Shown: positions 30,033 through 42,705, counted from the first letter of the stretch. The stretch: DNA of 64,000 bases from an uncultured Gemmatimonadaceae bacterium (GCA_963822945.1 CAWGJO010000020.1:32001-96000); one strand, 5' to 3'. Program-made: numbers and translations. Notes: generated by a model not told the origin, from the letters alone.

Positions 30033-31367
30033 TCAGAATCCGCCGCCGAGATTCGTCGTCCCGCCGCGGAATTTGATCCGGCCCTTCTTCATGAAGCCGT
30101 CGTACTTCCGCAGCAGCAGGTGTTGCTGCATCTGCTGCAGCGTGTCGAGCGCCACACCGACCACGATCAGCAGCGAGGTGCCGCCGAACACGAATGGCGC
30201 GTTCACCACGCTCATCAGCCACGTCGGGAACAGCGCGATCGCGGTCAGGAACAGCGCGCCGGGCAGGGTGATGCGCGAGACCACGGCGTCGATGTACTCG
30301 GCCGTCCGCGCCCCCGGCTTCACGCCGGGGATGAACCCGCCCTGCTTCTTCAGATTCTCCGCCAGGTCGACCGGGTTGAAGATGATCGACGTGTAGAAGT
30401 AGGTGAAGAAGATGTTGAGCAGCGCGAACGTGACGTAGTACCACCCGGTGCCCGGGTTGAACAGGTCGGAGATGTCGCGCAGCCGCTGGTTGCCCATGAA
30501 CTGGGCGACCGCCGCCGGGACCACGATCACCGATTGCGCGAAGACGATCGGCATCACGCCCGCCGCGTTGATGCGTAGCGGGATGTAGCTGCGCGAGGCC
30601 TCGCGCATTCGCCCCCGGGCCATCGTACGCTGCGGAATCTGGATCAGCACCTTCCGGGCGCCGACCGTGATGTACACCGTGGCGGCGACCACCGCCATCA
30701 TGATGACCACCACGACGAGCAGCGAGAACGTGCCCAGCGCGCCGGTCGTCACGTAGGTGTAGGCCTGGCCGATGCTCGGCCAGATCCGCTCCACGATCGA
30801 GAAGAAGATCATGAGGCTGGCGCCGTTGCCGATGCCGTTCTCGGTGATCTGCTCGCCCAGCCACATCACGAACACGGCGCCGACGGTCAGGAAGAACGTG
30901 AACTGCAGCCGGAACGCCATCCCGGGGTTCATCACCACGTTGGGCATGCTCTCGGCGAACAGCGCGAAGCCCCAGCCCTGCACGGCGGCCAGCGCCACCG
31001 TGCCGTACCGCGTCCACTGCTCCACCGTCTTCCGGCCCTCTTCCTCCTTCTGCATCTTCTCGACCTGCGGCACCACGGCCGCGGCGATCTGGAAGAAGAT
31101 GCTCGACGAGATGTAGGGCATGATCCCGAGCGCGAACACCGTGGCCTTGGACAGCCCGCCGCCGGTGAACAGGTCGTACAGCCCGAGCAGACCACCCGAC
31201 TGCTGCTTGAAGAAGTCGGTCAGGCCCACCGGGTTGACGCCGGGTGCGGTGACGTGCGCGCCGATCCGGTAGATCAGCAGGCACAGCAGCGTGAAGAGGA
31301 TCTTCTCCTTCAGCTCCGGGGTCTTGAACAACCCCTGGACCGCCGCCATCGGGTTTGACTGGGCCAT
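30033..31367 (-). CDS. secY: Preprotein translocase subunit SecY
   Basis: FALGIMPYISSSI, WLGEQITENGIGNG, AGVMPIVFA, FIPGVKPG, GGTSLLIVVGV. Confidence 0.98.
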   Translation of the reverse strand: MAQSNPMAAVQGLFKTPELKEKILFTLLCLLIYRIGAHVTAPGVNPVGLTDFFKQQSGGLLGLYDLFTGGGLSKATVFALGIMPYISSSIFFQIAAAVVPQVEKMQKEEEGRKTVEQWTRYGTVALAAVQGWGFALFAESMPNVVMNPGMAFRLQFTFFLTVGAVFVMWLGEQITENGIGNGASLMIFFSIVERIWPSIGQAYTYVTTGALGTFSLLVVVVIMMAVVAATVYITVGARKVLIQIPQRTMARGRMREASRSYIPLRINAAGVMPIVFAQSVIVVPAAVAQFMGNQRLRDISDLFNPGTGWYYVTFALLNIFFTYFYTSIIFNPVDLAENLKKQGGFIPGVKPGARTAEYIDAVVSRITLPGALFLTAIALFPTWLMSVVNAPFVFGGTSLLIVVGVALDTLQQMQQHLLLRKYDGFMKKGRIKFRGGTTNLGGGF

Positions 31368-31368
31368 G

Positions 31369-31836
31369 TTACTCCTCGACGCGGCCCCCGGCCGCGAGAA
31401 TCTTTTCGCGGGCACCGGCGCTGACCTTGAGGCCGCGCACCGTCAGCGCCTGCGTGATTTCGCCGTTGGCCAGCACCTTGCCCGGACCCTTCTTCGCCCG
31501 GAGCAGCCCGGCCTCGACCAGCGCTTCCGTGGTCACCTCGGTTCCCGCCGGCCACGTCGCCAGGTCGTCGAGCCGCACGATCTGCGCCTCGACCCGGAAC
31601 GGATTGGTGAACCCGCGCTTGGGCAGCCGCCGCGTGAGCGGCATCTGACCACCCTCGAAATGCGGCTTGCCGCCGCCCGGCCCATGGTGGCCCGAGCGGG
31701 CCTTGATGCCCTTGTGGCCCTTGCCCGACGTCTTGCCCGTGCCCGATCCGGGACCGCGGCCGAGCCGCTTCCGATCCCGATGCGAGGCCGGCGCCGCCGA
31801 GAGATTGTGCAGGCCGATCTTTTCAGAATTGCTCAC
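31369..31836 (-). CDS. rplO: 50S ribosomal protein L15
   Basis: [28 protein letters not shown]; spc operon position. Confidence 0.97.
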   Translation of the reverse strand: MSNSEKIGLHNLSAAPASHRDRKRLGRGPGSGTGKTSGKGHKGIKARSGHHGPGGGKPHFEGGQMPLTRRLPKRGFTNPFRVEAQIVRLDDLATWPAGTEVTTEALVEAGLLRAKKGPGKVLANGEITQALTVRGLKVSAGAREKILAAGGRVEE

Positions 31837-31840
31837 GATG

Positions 31841-32092
31841 TCACTCCTTCACCGGCGTCACTTCGACCAGATGACGCACCTTCTTGATTTGACCGCGGAG
31901 CGACGGCGAGTCCTGGTGGACCACCGCGTCCTGGTGGTGCTTCAGCCCGAGGGATTCGAGCGTCCGCCGCATGCGCCAGGAATGTCCGATCTTGCTCCGC
32001 ACCTGGCGGATCTCAACCTTGCCGTCGGTCAACGTGTCCTTCGGCGTCTGCTTCGGCCCCTTGCCGGGGTGCCACACGAAGGTGCGTGCCAT
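31841..32092 (-). CDS. rpmD: 50S ribosomal protein L30 with N-terminal extension
   Basis: [27 protein letters not shown]; between rpsE and rplO; RBS AGGAGG upstream of ATG 32092. Confidence 0.92.
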   Translation of the reverse strand: MARTFVWHPGKGPKQTPKDTLTDGKVEIRQVRSKIGHSWRMRRTLESLGLKHHQDAVVHQDSPSLRGQIKKVRHLVEVTPVKE

Positions 32093-32854
32093 CAGACCGC
32101 CTCCTTCACGTGCGCGCGCGACCGGTAGCCGAGCGAGGCCGGCTCCACACCGCGCTCCCGCGCCACCTGCTCCACCGTGGTCAGCGACTGCAGCCCGTTC
32201 ATCGTCGCCCGCACCATGTTGTGCGGATTCGACGAGCCGAGGCTCTTGGTCAGGATGTCCGCGATGCCCGCGCACTCGAGCACGGCGCGCACCGCGCCGC
32301 CGGCGATCACGCCGGCACCGGGCGCCGCCGGCTTCATCATGACGCGGCCCGCGCCGTAGTGGCCCGTGATCGCGTGCGGAATCGTGGCGCCGGTCAGCGG
32401 CACCTGCACCATGTGCCGGCGCGCCGCTTCCACCGCCTTGCGGACCGCTTCCGAGACCTCGTTGGCCTTGCCGGCGGCGAAGCCGACCTTGCCCTGGCCA
32501 TCGCCCACCGCCACGAGAGCGTTGAACGAGAACCGCCGGCCGCCCTTCACGACCTTGGCCACGCGGTTGATCGCGATCACGTTCTCGATCAGATCGCTGC
32601 CTTCTCCGCGGTCGCCGCGCGAGTCGCCGCCAGGGCCACCGCGCCCGCGCCCGCCGCCGTCACGGCCGCCGGGCCCACGCCCGCCGCCCGGACCACCGCG
32701 TCCGCGTCCGCCACCGCCCGGGCCACCGCGCCCGCGGCCACCACCACCCGGACCGCCGCGCCCGGCGGCCACCACCGCCGCCGCCACCCCGACGGGGTGC
32801 CGGACCGGTCGGCGCAGCCGGCGCCGTCGTTGCCTGCTTCTGGTCTTGTTCCAT
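32092..32854 (-). CDS. rpsE: 30S ribosomal protein S5 with RGG-rich N-terminal extension; apparent frameshift near 32765
   Basis: [35 protein letters not shown] 32854 lies 2 nt after rplR stop but in a different frame, restored by removing one C. Confidence 0.93.
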
Positions 32855-32856
32855 GA

Positions 32857-33210
32857 TTAAAACTCCAGACCGCCCTCGCGGGCGCCTTCGGCCACCGCTT
32901 TCACGCGGCCGTGGTACTGGTAACCGGCGCGGTCGAACACCACGCGAGTGATCCCTGCGGCTTTCGCCTTCTCGGCGATCGACTTGCCCACCTGCACGCT
33001 CCGCTCCGACTTCTTCCCCTCGGCGACCGCCGAGCTGGACACCGTCATGAGCGTGCGCCCGGCCACGTCGTCCACCAACTGGGCGTAGATGTGCTTGAGC
33101 GAACGGAATACGACGAGCCGTGGCCGTTCGGCCGTGCCCGTGATCCGACGGCGGACCCGAAGGTGCCGGCGGACGCGCTTCTGCTCGCGCGTCTTCGGAA
33201 TGATCGCCAT
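32857..33210 (-). CDS. rplR: 50S ribosomal protein L18
   Basis: [31 protein letters not shown]. Confidence 0.97.
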   Translation of the reverse strand: MAIIPKTREQKRVRRHLRVRRRITGTAERPRLVVFRSLKHIYAQLVDDVAGRTLMTVSSSAVAEGKKSERSVQVGKSIAEKAKAAGITRVVFDRAGYQYHGRVKAVAEGAREGGLEF

Positions 33211-33749
33211 TACTTGCCTCCCGCCTTGCCGGCCTTCCGCCGGATCTGCTCGCCCGCGTACTTGATGCCCTTGCCCTTGTAGGGCTCGGGGGGCCGCAGG
33301 TTGCGCAGCTCTGCCGCCACCTGGCCCACCATCTCCTTGTCGGCGCCCTCGATCACGATCTGCGTCGGCTGCGGCGCCGTGAGCTTCACGCCCTTGGGAG
33401 CCTTGTACTCGATCTGGTGCGAGAACCCGAGCGCCAGCTGCAGGCCGTAGGGCCGCGCTTCCGCCTTGTATCCCACGCCCGTGATCTCGAGCTGCTTCTG
33501 ATAGCCCTTCGTCACCCCTTCCACCATGTTCGCCACGAGGGTGCGCGACAGGCCGTGCAGTGCCTTGTGCCGGTCCTCATCCGAGGGACGCGTCACCTTC
33601 AGGACGTCGTTCTCGAGCACGATCCCCACCTCCCGGTGGAGCGTGCGCGACAACTCGCCACGCGGACCCTTCACCTGCACCGTCTGGCCGTTCACCGTCA
33701 CCGTGACGCCCTTGGGCACCGGGATCGGCAGCTTTCCGATTCGCGACAT
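33210..33749 (-). CDS. rplF: 50S ribosomal protein L6
   Basis: [26 protein letters not shown]. Confidence 0.97.
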   Translation of the reverse strand: MSRIGKLPIPVPKGVTVTVNGQTVQVKGPRGELSRTLHREVGIVLENDVLKVTRPSDEDRHKALHGLSRTLVANMVEGVTKGYQKQLEITGVGYKAEARPYGLQLALGFSHQIEYKAPKGVKLTAPQPTQIVIEGADKEMVGQVAAELRNLRPPEPYKGKGIKYAGEQIRRKAGKAGGK

Positions 33750-33759
33750 GACGTGCCCC

Positions 33760-34158
33760 CTACCAGACGAACGCGAGGAGCTCGCCGCCGGTGCGCTTCT
33801 GACGCGCTTCCCGATCCGACATGAGCCCCTGCGAGGTGGAGAGGATGGCCACGCCCAGCCCGTTGCGGACACGCGGGATCTCCCGCGCCCCGACGTAGCG
33901 GCGAAGCCCGGGCGTCGAGACGCGCTGCAGGTTGCGGATCACGGGCGTGTCGCCCGCGTACTTCAGCCGCACACGCAGCACTTTTCGGCCGTCCTCGGTT
34001 TCGATCGTCTGGTAGTCCCGAATGAAGTTCTCCTGCTTCAGGATCCGTGCGATCTCGGTCTTCAGCTTCGATACCGGCATATCGACGCGGCGGTGCTTCG
34101 ATCCGCAGGCATTGCGGATGCGCGTCAGCATGTCGGCAATCGGGTCGGTCATGCTCAT
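33760..34158 (-). CDS. rpsH: 30S ribosomal protein S8
   Basis: DPIADMLTRIRN, STPGLRRY, STSQG, GGELL. Confidence 0.97.
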   Translation of the reverse strand: MSMTDPIADMLTRIRNACGSKHRRVDMPVSKLKTEIARILKQENFIRDYQTIETEDGRKVLRVRLKYAGDTPVIRNLQRVSTPGLRRYVGAREIPRVRNGLGVAILSTSQGLMSDREARQKRTGGELLAFVW

Positions 34159-34321
34159 GGTGGTGTCCCTTTCCCGCCGTATCCTCGCGGACGTGCGGAA
34201 TTTCAGATGTGAACGTTGCTGCTCGAACCAACTGCAGGTTGGTCCGTCGGCTGGTCGGTCGGCCGCGCCCGGCCTGTTCGAACCACCCGGCGGTCGACCT
34301 GCCGTCCTCCCGTTCTACCGT

Positions 34322-34507
34322 CTACCAGCTCGCTTTGCGCACGCCCGGGATCATCCCGTTCAGCGCCAGCTCGCGGAAGCAGATGCGGCAGAGTCCGAAC
34401 CGCCGAAGGTAGGCGCGTGAGCGCCCGCACCGGCCGCAGCGATTGTGCTGCCGCACGGGGAACTTCGGCTTCCGGTTGGCCTTCTCGATCATGGCCTTTC
34501 GAGCCAT
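34322..34507 (-). CDS. rpsN: 30S ribosomal protein S14, short zinc-binding (type Z) form
   Basis: 61 aa; [21 protein letters not shown]. Confidence 0.97.
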   Translation of the reverse strand: MARKAMIEKANRKPKFPVRQHNRCGRCGRSRAYLRRFGLCRICFRELALNGMIPGVRKASW

Positions 34508-34534
34508 AGCATTCTCTCCAGGTGTGAACGGCGC

Positions 34535-35222
34535 CTACTGCAGGCGCCCGCCCTTCTTGTCTTCGCCCTTGAAGGGCATGCCCAGTTCCTTCAGGAGGCC
34601 CAGGGCGTGATCGTCGCGCGTCGCCGTGGTGACGAACGTGATATCCATGCCGTGGATCTGTTCGACGGTGTCGTAGTTGATCTCCGGGAAGATCATCTGC
34701 TCCTTGACGCCCAGCGAGTAGTTGCCCCGCCCATCGAACGACCGTGTGGGCAGGCCCCGGAAGTCGCGCACGCGCGGGATCGAGACCGAGATGAACCGGT
34801 CGAGGAACTCCCACATGCGCGCGCCGCGCAGCGTCACCGCCGCCCCGACGTCCTGTCCCTGCCGCAGCCCGAAGTTGGCGATCGACTTCTTGGCCTTCTT
34901 GCGCACCGGCTGCTGCCCGGTGATCGTGGCCAACTCCTCCACGACGGTATCGAGCACCTTCGGCTGCTTGATGGCCTCGCCCATGCCCACGTTCAGCACG
35001 ATCTTGGAGAGCGTGGGGACCTGGTGCGGGTTCTTGAACCCGAACTGCTCCATCAGCTTCGGCCGCACCACGTTCTGGTAGTGCGCGCGGAGCCGCGGCG
35101 GCGGCACCGGCAGGCCGGCGCCGGCATGGGTGCCACGAGCCTTGCCCTCGCCGCCCTTGCCGCCCTTGCGCCTTGCCGCTCTTCTCCTTGCCGCCCTGCG
35201 CCTGCTTTTCCTTGGTTGCCAT
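34535..35222 (-). CDS. rplE: 50S ribosomal protein L5 with K/G-rich N-terminal extension; apparent frameshift near 35168-35172
   Basis: KIVLNVGMG, ITGQQP, PRVRDFRG, FDGRGNY, IFPEI; upstream MATKEK start in another frame, joined by restoring a GGCAAG repeat unit. Confidence 0.93.
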
Positions 35223-35238
35223 GGTCTATCGTCCTCGC

Positions 35239-35646
35239 TCAGCGCTTGGGATGGGGAATCGCGTCCCCGCTCTTGACGCCGATGCGCTCCTTGGTCCCGT
35301 CGTCGTCCAACCGCACGCGGACCCGGGTCGGTTCGCCCGACTTCGGATCGAGGAGCATCACGTTCGACGCGTGGACGGGGGCCGGCATCTCCAGAATCCC
35401 GCTCTGCTCGTCGGCGTTCTGCGCGCGCCGGTGCTTCTTCACGATGTTGATCCCCTCGACCAGGATCCGCCCGGTCTTCGGGTAGACGCGGAGGACCTTC
35501 CCCTCCTTGCCCTTGTCGTCGCCGCGCACCACGCGCACCGTGTCGCCCTTCACGACGTGGATCGGCAGCCGCGCTGCATTGATCTGGTGCCGCCGCCGGT
35601 TCACGGCCCGCGACCGGTCCGTCTTGCGGTATTCGTTCTTACGCAT
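35239..35646 (-). CDS. rplX: 50S ribosomal protein L24 with basic N-terminal extension
   Basis: KGDTVRVVRGDDKGKEG (KOW), VEGINIVKKH, HASNV. Confidence 0.96.
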   Translation of the reverse strand: MRKNEYRKTDRSRAVNRRRHQINAARLPIHVVKGDTVRVVRGDDKGKEGKVLRVYPKTGRILVEGINIVKKHRRAQNADEQSGILEMPAPVHASNVMLLDPKSGEPTRVRVRLDDDGTKERIGVKSGDAIPHPKR

Positions 35647-35647
35647 G

Positions 35648-36016
35648 TTAGAGCACCTCCGGCGCCAGCGATACGATCTTCATGTATCGCTTCTCGCGCA
35701 GTTCGCGCGCCACGGGCCCGAAGATACGGGTGGCCCGCGGTTCCCCCTGGTCGTTGATGATCACGACCGCGTTCTCGTCGAAGCGGATGTAGCTGCCGTC
35801 CTTGCGCCGCGTTTCCTTGGCCGTCCGGACCACCACCGCGCGCGCGACTTCCGCCTTCTTCACCGTGCCGTTCGGCAGCGCGTCCTTCACGGCGACGATC
35901 ACCACGTCGCCAAGGCCGGCGTATCGCCGTCGCGTGCCCCCGAGGACGCGGATCACGAGCGCCTTCTTGGCGCCCGAATTGTCCGCCACCCGGACTATGG
36001 ATTCCTGTTGAATCAT
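35648..36016 (-). CDS. rplN: 50S ribosomal protein L14
   Basis: [33 protein letters not shown]. Confidence 0.98.
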   Translation of the reverse strand: MIQQESIVRVADNSGAKKALVIRVLGGTRRRYAGLGDVVIVAVKDALPNGTVKKAEVARAVVVRTAKETRRKDGSYIRFDENAVVIINDQGEPRATRIFGPVARELREKRYMKIVSLAPEVL

Positions 36017-36028
36017 CGGTCGTTCCTC

Positions 36029-36319
36029 TTAGCGTGCGCGATCGACGATCTCGACCAACCGCCACCGCTTGTCCTTCGACAGCGGCCGGGTCTCCATGAT
36101 GCGCACCTTATCGCCCAGCTTCGCCGAGTTCTCCTCGTCGTGGGCTTTCACCTTCCGCGTGCGCGTCACCATCTTGCCGTAAATGGGGTGGGGCACCCGG
36201 CGCTCGAGCGCGACCACGACCGTCTTCTGCATCTTGTCGCTCACCACCAGGCCCACGCGCGTCTTGCGCGACGTGCGTGCCTGGGCGGCGGCGGTGTTGG
36301 GATTCGTCATGTCTGCCAT
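36029..36319 (-). CDS. rpsQ: 30S ribosomal protein S17
   Basis: [28 protein letters not shown]. Confidence 0.97.
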   Translation of the reverse strand: MADMTNPNTAAAQARTSRKTRVGLVVSDKMQKTVVVALERRVPHPIYGKMVTRTRKVKAHDEENSAKLGDKVRIMETRPLSKDKRWRLVEIVDRAR

Positions 36320-36337
36320 TCCGTTGGTCGCTCCCCG

Positions 36338-36530
36338 CTAGCGTGCAGCCGTCGGCTGCCGCCGTTCACGCAGGATGGTCTTCAGGCGCGCGATGTCGCG
36401 CCGGATCGCGCGAAGCCGCAGCGGCTCCTCCAGCGGCTCCGAAGCACTCCGGAACTTGAGCCGGAACTGCTCCTCCTCGAGCGCGGCGATCCGCGCCGTG
36501 ATGTCGTCCGGCGTCAGCTCGCGAATTTCT

Positions 36531-36541
<11 letters not shown>
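36338..36541 (-). CDS. rpmC: 50S ribosomal protein L29
   Basis: [24 protein letters not shown]10 operon position. Confidence 0.95.
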
Positions 36542-36959
<418 letters not shown>

Positions 36960-36974
36960 TGGTCGTCGCCTCCC

Positions 36975-37634
36975 TTACATGCCGGAGGAGTAGGTGGTGC
37001 CACGACGGTCTTCCACGATCTCGCCCTTGAAGATCCACACCTTGACCCCGATGGTCCCGAAGGTGGTCTTCGCGGTCGACGTCGCGTAGTCGATATCCGC
37101 CCGCAGCGTGTGCAGCGGCACGCGTCCCTCGTGGTAGCCCTCGACGCGCGCGATCTCCGCGCCGCCCAGACGGCCGCCGCACTTGACCTTGATCCCCAGC
37201 GCGCCCATGCGCATCGCGCTCTGCACGGCGCGCTTCATGGCCCGCCGGAACGAGATGCGCTGTGCCAGCTGGCTGGCGATGTTGTCGGCCACGAGCTGCG
37301 CTTCCAACTCCGGCCGCTTGATCTCTTCCACGTTGATCCCGACTTCCTTACCGGTCAGGTGCGCCAGCTCATCGCGCAGCTTGTCCACCTCGGCGCCCTT
37401 CTTGCCGATCACCACGCCGGGCCGCCCCGTGTGCAGCGTCACCACCACCTTGCCGGGCTTGCGCTCGATCACGATGTCGGCGATCGCCGCGTGGCCGAGG
37501 CGCGCCTTCAGATACTTGCGCAGCAGCTCGTCCTCGCGCAGCAACGCCGGCAGCTCGCGTCCCGCGTAGTACCGCGAGCGCCACTGGCGGGAGACGCCCA
37601 GGCGGAAGCCGATCGGATGTGTCTTCTGTCCCAT
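36975..37634 (-). CDS. rpsC: 30S ribosomal protein S3
   Basis: [44 protein letters not shown]. Confidence 0.98.
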   Translation of the reverse strand: MGQKTHPIGFRLGVSRQWRSRYYAGRELPALLREDELLRKYLKARLGHAAIADIVIERKPGKVVVTLHTGRPGVVIGKKGAEVDKLRDELAHLTGKEVGINVEEIKRPELEAQLVADNIASQLAQRISFRRAMKRAVQSAMRMGALGIKVKCGGRLGGAEIARVEGYHEGRVPLHTLRADIDYATSTAKTTFGTIGVKVWIFKGEIVEDRRGTTYSSGM

Positions 37635-37996
37635 TAGCGATCTTCCCTCTCGCCCACCACGATTTCCACGTGGCTGGTGCGCTTCTGAATTGGTGTCGCC
37701 CGCCCCATGGCGGCCGGCGTGAATCGCTTGAGCTTCGGCCCCTCGTTGATCACGGCGTGCGTGATCATGAGCGTGTCCACATCCAGCGAGGTGCCCGCCG
37801 AGCGCGCCGCCTGCTCGGCATTCGCCACCGCCGAGCGCACGACCTTCTCGATCTGGTGCGCCGCGTGCTTCTTGGAGAACGCCAGCAGAGCCAGCGCCTC
37901 GTTCACGCTCTTGCCGCGAATCTGGTCGACGACCAGCCGCATCTTGTAGGGCGACTGCCGCGCCGTGCGCTGGATCGCCCGCGCCTGGGTGGCCAT
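37634..37996 (-). CDS. rplV: 50S ribosomal protein L22
   Basis: [26 protein letters not shown]. Confidence 0.97.
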   Translation of the reverse strand: MATQARAIQRTARQSPYKMRLVVDQIRGKSVNEALALLAFSKKHAAHQIEKVVRSAVANAEQAARSAGTSLDVDTLMITHAVINEGPKLKRFTPAAMGRATPIQKRTSHVEIVVGEREDR

Positions 37997-38317
37997 TTAC
38001 CTGCCCCCTCGCGCCGGGGCGCCGCCCGCGGCCGCCGGCGCCTTCTTGTCGGCCGCCTTCGCGCCCGTGTGGCCGCGGAACAGCCGCGTCGGCGAGAACT
38101 CGCCCAACCGGTGCCCCACCATGTTCTCGGTCACGTACACCGGCACGAACTTGTTGCCGTTGTGAACCGCGAACGTGTGCCCCACGAATTCGGGTAGCAC
38201 GGTGCTGGCGCGCGACCAGGTCTTGATCACGCGCTTCTCGTTATTGGCGTTGAGGAGGCTGACCTTCTTGGCCAGCGCCTCCTGAACGAACGGTCCCTTC
38301 TTGACGCTTCGTCCCAT
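37997..38317 (-). CDS. rpsS: 30S ribosomal protein S19
   Basis: [26 protein letters not shown]. Confidence 0.98.
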   Translation of the reverse strand: MGRSVKKGPFVQEALAKKVSLLNANNEKRVIKTWSRASTVLPEFVGHTFAVHNGNKFVPVYVTENMVGHRLGEFSPTRLFRGHTGAKAADKKAPAAAGGAPARGGR

Positions 38318-38332
38318 AGTCTTGGCCCCGAG

Positions 38333-39163
38333 TTACTTCGTCGCCTTGCCGCGCTTCCGACCGCGGACGATCAGCCGCTGCGACGCCTTCTTCTTGTTGC
38401 GCGTCTTCACGCCCTCCGGCTTGCCCCACGGACTCACCACGTTCCGGCCGCCGCGCGTGCGGCCGCCGTGCGGATGGTCCACGGGGTTCATCACTTCACC
38501 ACGCACCTTCGGACGGCGACCCTTCCACCGCGTCTTGCCGGCCTTGCCCCACGACACCAACTCGTGTTCGGCGTTGCCGACCTCGCCAATCGTCGCCATG
38601 CAGCGGGCGTGCACCAGCCGCATCTCGCTCGACGAGAGCCGCAGCGTTACGTAGTCCCCTTCCTTGGCCACCACCTGGGCCGACGTGCCGGCCGACCGGC
38701 AGATCTGGCCGCCCTTGCCGATCTTCAACTCGATGTTGTGCACCGCGGTCCCGAGCGGAACCTCCGACAGCGGCATCGCGTTCCCGACGCGGATGTCCGC
38801 GCCCGGCCCCGCGACCACGCTGTCGCCCACGGCCAGCCCCTTCGGATGCAGCATGTAGCGCTTCTCGCCGTCCGCGTACTCCACGAGGGCAATGCGCGCC
38901 GAGCGGTTCGGATCGTACTCGATCTCGCGCACCACGCCGGTCACGCCGGCCTTGTTGCGCTTGAAATCGATGCGACGGTACATCCGCTTGTGCCCGCCGC
39001 CGCGGCGGCGCATCGAGATGTGTCCGTGATTGTCCCGCCCGCCCGACTTCTTGAGCGGCTCCACCAGGGACTTCTCCGGCGTGCTCCGCGTGATCTCGGC
39101 AAAATCCGAGACCGAGCGGAACCGGGTGCCCTTGGTCACGGGCTTGAACTGACGAATGGCCAT
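38333..39163 (-). CDS. rplB: 50S ribosomal protein L2
   Basis: [31 protein letters not shown]. Confidence 0.98.
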   Translation of the reverse strand: MAIRQFKPVTKGTRFRSVSDFAEITRSTPEKSLVEPLKKSGGRDNHGHISMRRRGGGHKRMYRRIDFKRNKAGVTGVVREIEYDPNRSARIALVEYADGEKRYMLHPKGLAVGDSVVAGPGADIRVGNAMPLSEVPLGTAVHNIELKIGKGGQICRSAGTSAQVVAKEGDYVTLRLSSSEMRLVHARCMATIGEVGNAEHELVSWGKAGKTRWKGRRPKVRGEVMNPVDHPHGGRTRGGRNVVSPWGKPEGVKTRNKKKASQRLIVRGRKRGKATK

Positions 39164-39167
39164 CGGA

Positions 39168-39455
39168 TCAGCCCTCGAAGATCTCGATCGAATCGCCCTC
39201 GCGGAGCGTCACGATCGCCTTTTTCCAGTTCGGGCGGCGTCCGGCCGTCTGCCCCACGCGGCGTTCCTTGCCGCGCTGGTTCGACGTCCACACGCCGGTC
39301 ACTTTCACTCCGAACAACTGTTCGACCGCCAGCCGGATCTGGGGCTTCGTCGCCTTCGGGTGCACCTGGAAGGTGTACTCGCCGCGCTCCTGGAACGCGG
39401 ACGACGTCTGCTCCGTGATCACGGGGCGAACGATGGTCTCATGCGGTGTCGGCAT
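39168..39455 (-). CDS. rplW: 50S ribosomal protein L23
   Basis: [24 protein letters not shown]. Confidence 0.97.
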   Translation of the reverse strand: MPTPHETIVRPVITEQTSSAFQERGEYTFQVHPKATKPQIRLAVEQLFGVKVTGVWTSNQRGKERRVGQTAGRRPNWKKAIVTLREGDSIEIFEG

Positions 39456-39458
39456 CGC

Positions 39459-40331
39459 TTACTTCCCCTTCTTCTTGGTCGCCGACGGCTTCTTGGCTGC
39501 CGGCTTCTTGGCCGCCGTCTTCTTGGCGGCCGGCTTCTTGGCCGCGGCCTTCTTCTTGGCCGCGGGCTTCTTCGCCGCCGCCTTCTTGCGCGGGGCCGCC
39601 TTCTTCGCGGCCGGCTTGGCCTTCGCCTCCGCCTTCACCTTGGCGGGCTTTGCCGGCTTGGGCCGCTTCGCCTTCGGCTCCGCCGCCGTCTCGGCGACCG
39701 GCTCCAGCGTGTGCCCGAGCGCGCCCGCTTCCACCAGCACCACGTCCGACCAGAGCAGGTGGTACGTCGAGACATCGGCGTAGGGCATCACGTGCACCGT
39801 GGGCAGGTTCCGTCCGCTGAGGAACACGTTCGGCTTCACGCCGTCCGTGAGAATCAGCACCTTGCGGCCGGTCAGGTCGAGGCGGTCGATCAACGCCACC
39901 AACAGGTTCGTCTTCGGCGCTTCGTAGTCGAAGCGATCGATGACGAACAGGGAGTCCTCACGGGCCCGCGCGTTGAAGGCGCTCTTCCGCGCCAGCGCCC
40001 GTACCTGGCGCGGCACGTACTGCGCGTAGCTGCGCGGAATCGGGCCGAACACGGTACCGCCGCCCACCCAGTTCGGGGCGCGGGTGGAGCCCTGGCGCGC
40101 CCGGCCGGTGCCCTTCTGCCGCCACGGCTTCTGGTTGCCGCCGATCACGTACTTGCGAATCTTCGTCGCGGCGTTGCCCTGGCGCTGGTTGGCGAGATAC
40201 GCCTTCACCGCCTGGTGCATCACCGGCATGTTGACGGTGCCGTCGAACAGCGCTTCGGGCAGCGTCACCTTGTCGCGCGCCGTCCCCTTCGCCGTGAATG
40301 CGGCCGCCTGGAATGTCGTCTGGTCCGCCAT
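39459..40331 (-). CDS. rplD: 50S ribosomal protein L4 with long Lys/Ala/Pro-rich C-terminal tail
   Basis: KPWRQKGTGRARQGS, GGGTVFGP; tail of repeated KKPAA/KKAAA. Confidence 0.97.
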   Translation of the reverse strand: MADQTTFQAAAFTAKGTARDKVTLPEALFDGTVNMPVMHQAVKAYLANQRQGNAATKIRKYVIGGNQKPWRQKGTGRARQGSTRAPNWVGGGTVFGPIPRSYAQYVPRQVRALARKSAFNARAREDSLFVIDRFDYEAPKTNLLVALIDRLDLTGRKVLILTDGVKPNVFLSGRNLPTVHVMPYADVSTYHLLWSDVVLVEAGALGHTLEPVAETAAEPKAKRPKPAKPAKVKAEAKAKPAAKKAAPRKKAAAKKPAAKKKAAAKKPAAKKTAAKKPAAKKPSATKKKGK

Positions 40332-40334
40332 GAC

Positions 40335-41018
40335 TTACCCCTGCTTCCGCACGAGCACGATGCCGTTCCTGGGACCGGCCACCGAGCCACGGATGTAGAT
40401 CAGATTGCGATCCGCGTCGATCTTCTCCACGCGGAGATGTGTTTGCGTATGCCGCGCGGCCCCGTAGTGCCCCGGCATCTTCTTGCCCTTGATGACGCGC
40501 GACGGGTCGGTGCCGGGTCCGATGGACCCGGGCCGCCGGTGCTTCGTGTTGCCGTGCGTGTTGGGCCCGCCGCCGAAGCCGTGGCGCTTGACCACGCCCT
40601 GGAAGCCGCGTCCCTTGCTGGTGCCCGTGACCTTGACCGTCTCGCCCGGCTGGAACAGCGCCACCGTGACCACGTCGCCGACGGCATACGTCGGGACCTC
40701 GGCGTCCTTCTTGCGCGCGTCGTCCAGACGGAAGCTGCGCAGGACGGCCGGCGGTGCTTCGAGCCCCGCCTTCTTGGCGTGGCCGATGGCGGCGTGGTTC
40801 GCGCGGCGTCCGCGCGGCGTCCGCTCGCCCTTGCCCGAGGCGCGCGCCAGGCGCTGCTGCCCGAGGCCGAGCTGCACGGCCGCATAGCCGACCTTGGCCG
40901 GATCGGTCACCGCGACCACCGGATTCGGTTCGGCCTCGATCACCGTCACCGGGATCTGCTGGCCCTCTTCATTGAAGATCTGGGTCATCCCCAGCTTCTT
41001 CCCAATCATTCCGATCAT
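40335..41018 (-). CDS. rplC: 50S ribosomal protein L3
   Basis: GKKLGMTQ, SKGRGFQG, PGSIG, KGKKMPG. Confidence 0.98.
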   Translation of the reverse strand: MIGMIGKKLGMTQIFNEEGQQIPVTVIEAEPNPVVAVTDPAKVGYAAVQLGLGQQRLARASGKGERTPRGRRANHAAIGHAKKAGLEAPPAVLRSFRLDDARKKDAEVPTYAVGDVVTVALFQPGETVKVTGTSKGRGFQGVVKRHGFGGGPNTHGNTKHRRPGSIGPGTDPSRVIKGKKMPGHYGAARHTQTHLRVEKIDADRNLIYIRGSVAGPRNGIVLVRKQG

Positions 41019-41123
41019 GAGTTCCTCTGCGTAGTCACTGGCGCACCGCGCCAGGCGGACTGTGAAACGGCGGCGGTGGGCGGTCAGCCGTCGGCTGTCC
41101 GGACCCCGGCCACCCTTCCTGCG

Positions 41124-41432
41124 TTATTGCACTTTGATCTCGACGTCCACACCCGCCGGCAGGTCGAGCTTCGTGAGCGCGTCCACCGTCTGGGCGCGGG
41201 AATCGAGGATGTCGATCACCCGCTTGTGCGTCTTCAACTGGAACTGCTCCCGCGACTTCTTGTCGACGTGCGGCGAGCGCAGCACGGTCCACAACTGTGT
41301 CTTGGTGGGCAGGGGAATCGGACCCGACACCTGCGCGCCCGTCTTCTCCGCCGTCCGCACGATGTCCGCCGACGCCTGATCGATCACTGCGTGGTCGAAC
41401 GCCTTGAGACGGATGCGAATTCTGCCTGTCAT
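41124..41432 (-). CDS. rpsJ: 30S ribosomal protein S10
   Basis: [38 protein letters not shown]. Confidence 0.98.
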   Translation of the reverse strand: MTGRIRIRLKAFDHAVIDQASADIVRTAEKTGAQVSGPIPLPTKTQLWTVLRSPHVDKKSREQFQLKTHKRVIDILDSRAQTVDALTKLDLPAGVDVEIKVQ

Positions 41433-41454
41433 AGTTCGAATTCCGGGACTGTCT

Positions 41455-41493
41455 GACCGTCCGCCTGTCTGACTGTCAGACAGGCGGACGGTC
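41455..41493. repeat. Perfect 19-bp inverted repeat between tuf and rpsJ
   Basis: GACCGTCCGCCTGTCTGAC-T-GTCAGACAGGCGGACGGTC. Confidence 0.85.
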
Positions 41494-41502
41494 GAAGAGG
41501 AG

Positions 41503-42705
<1,203 letters not shown>

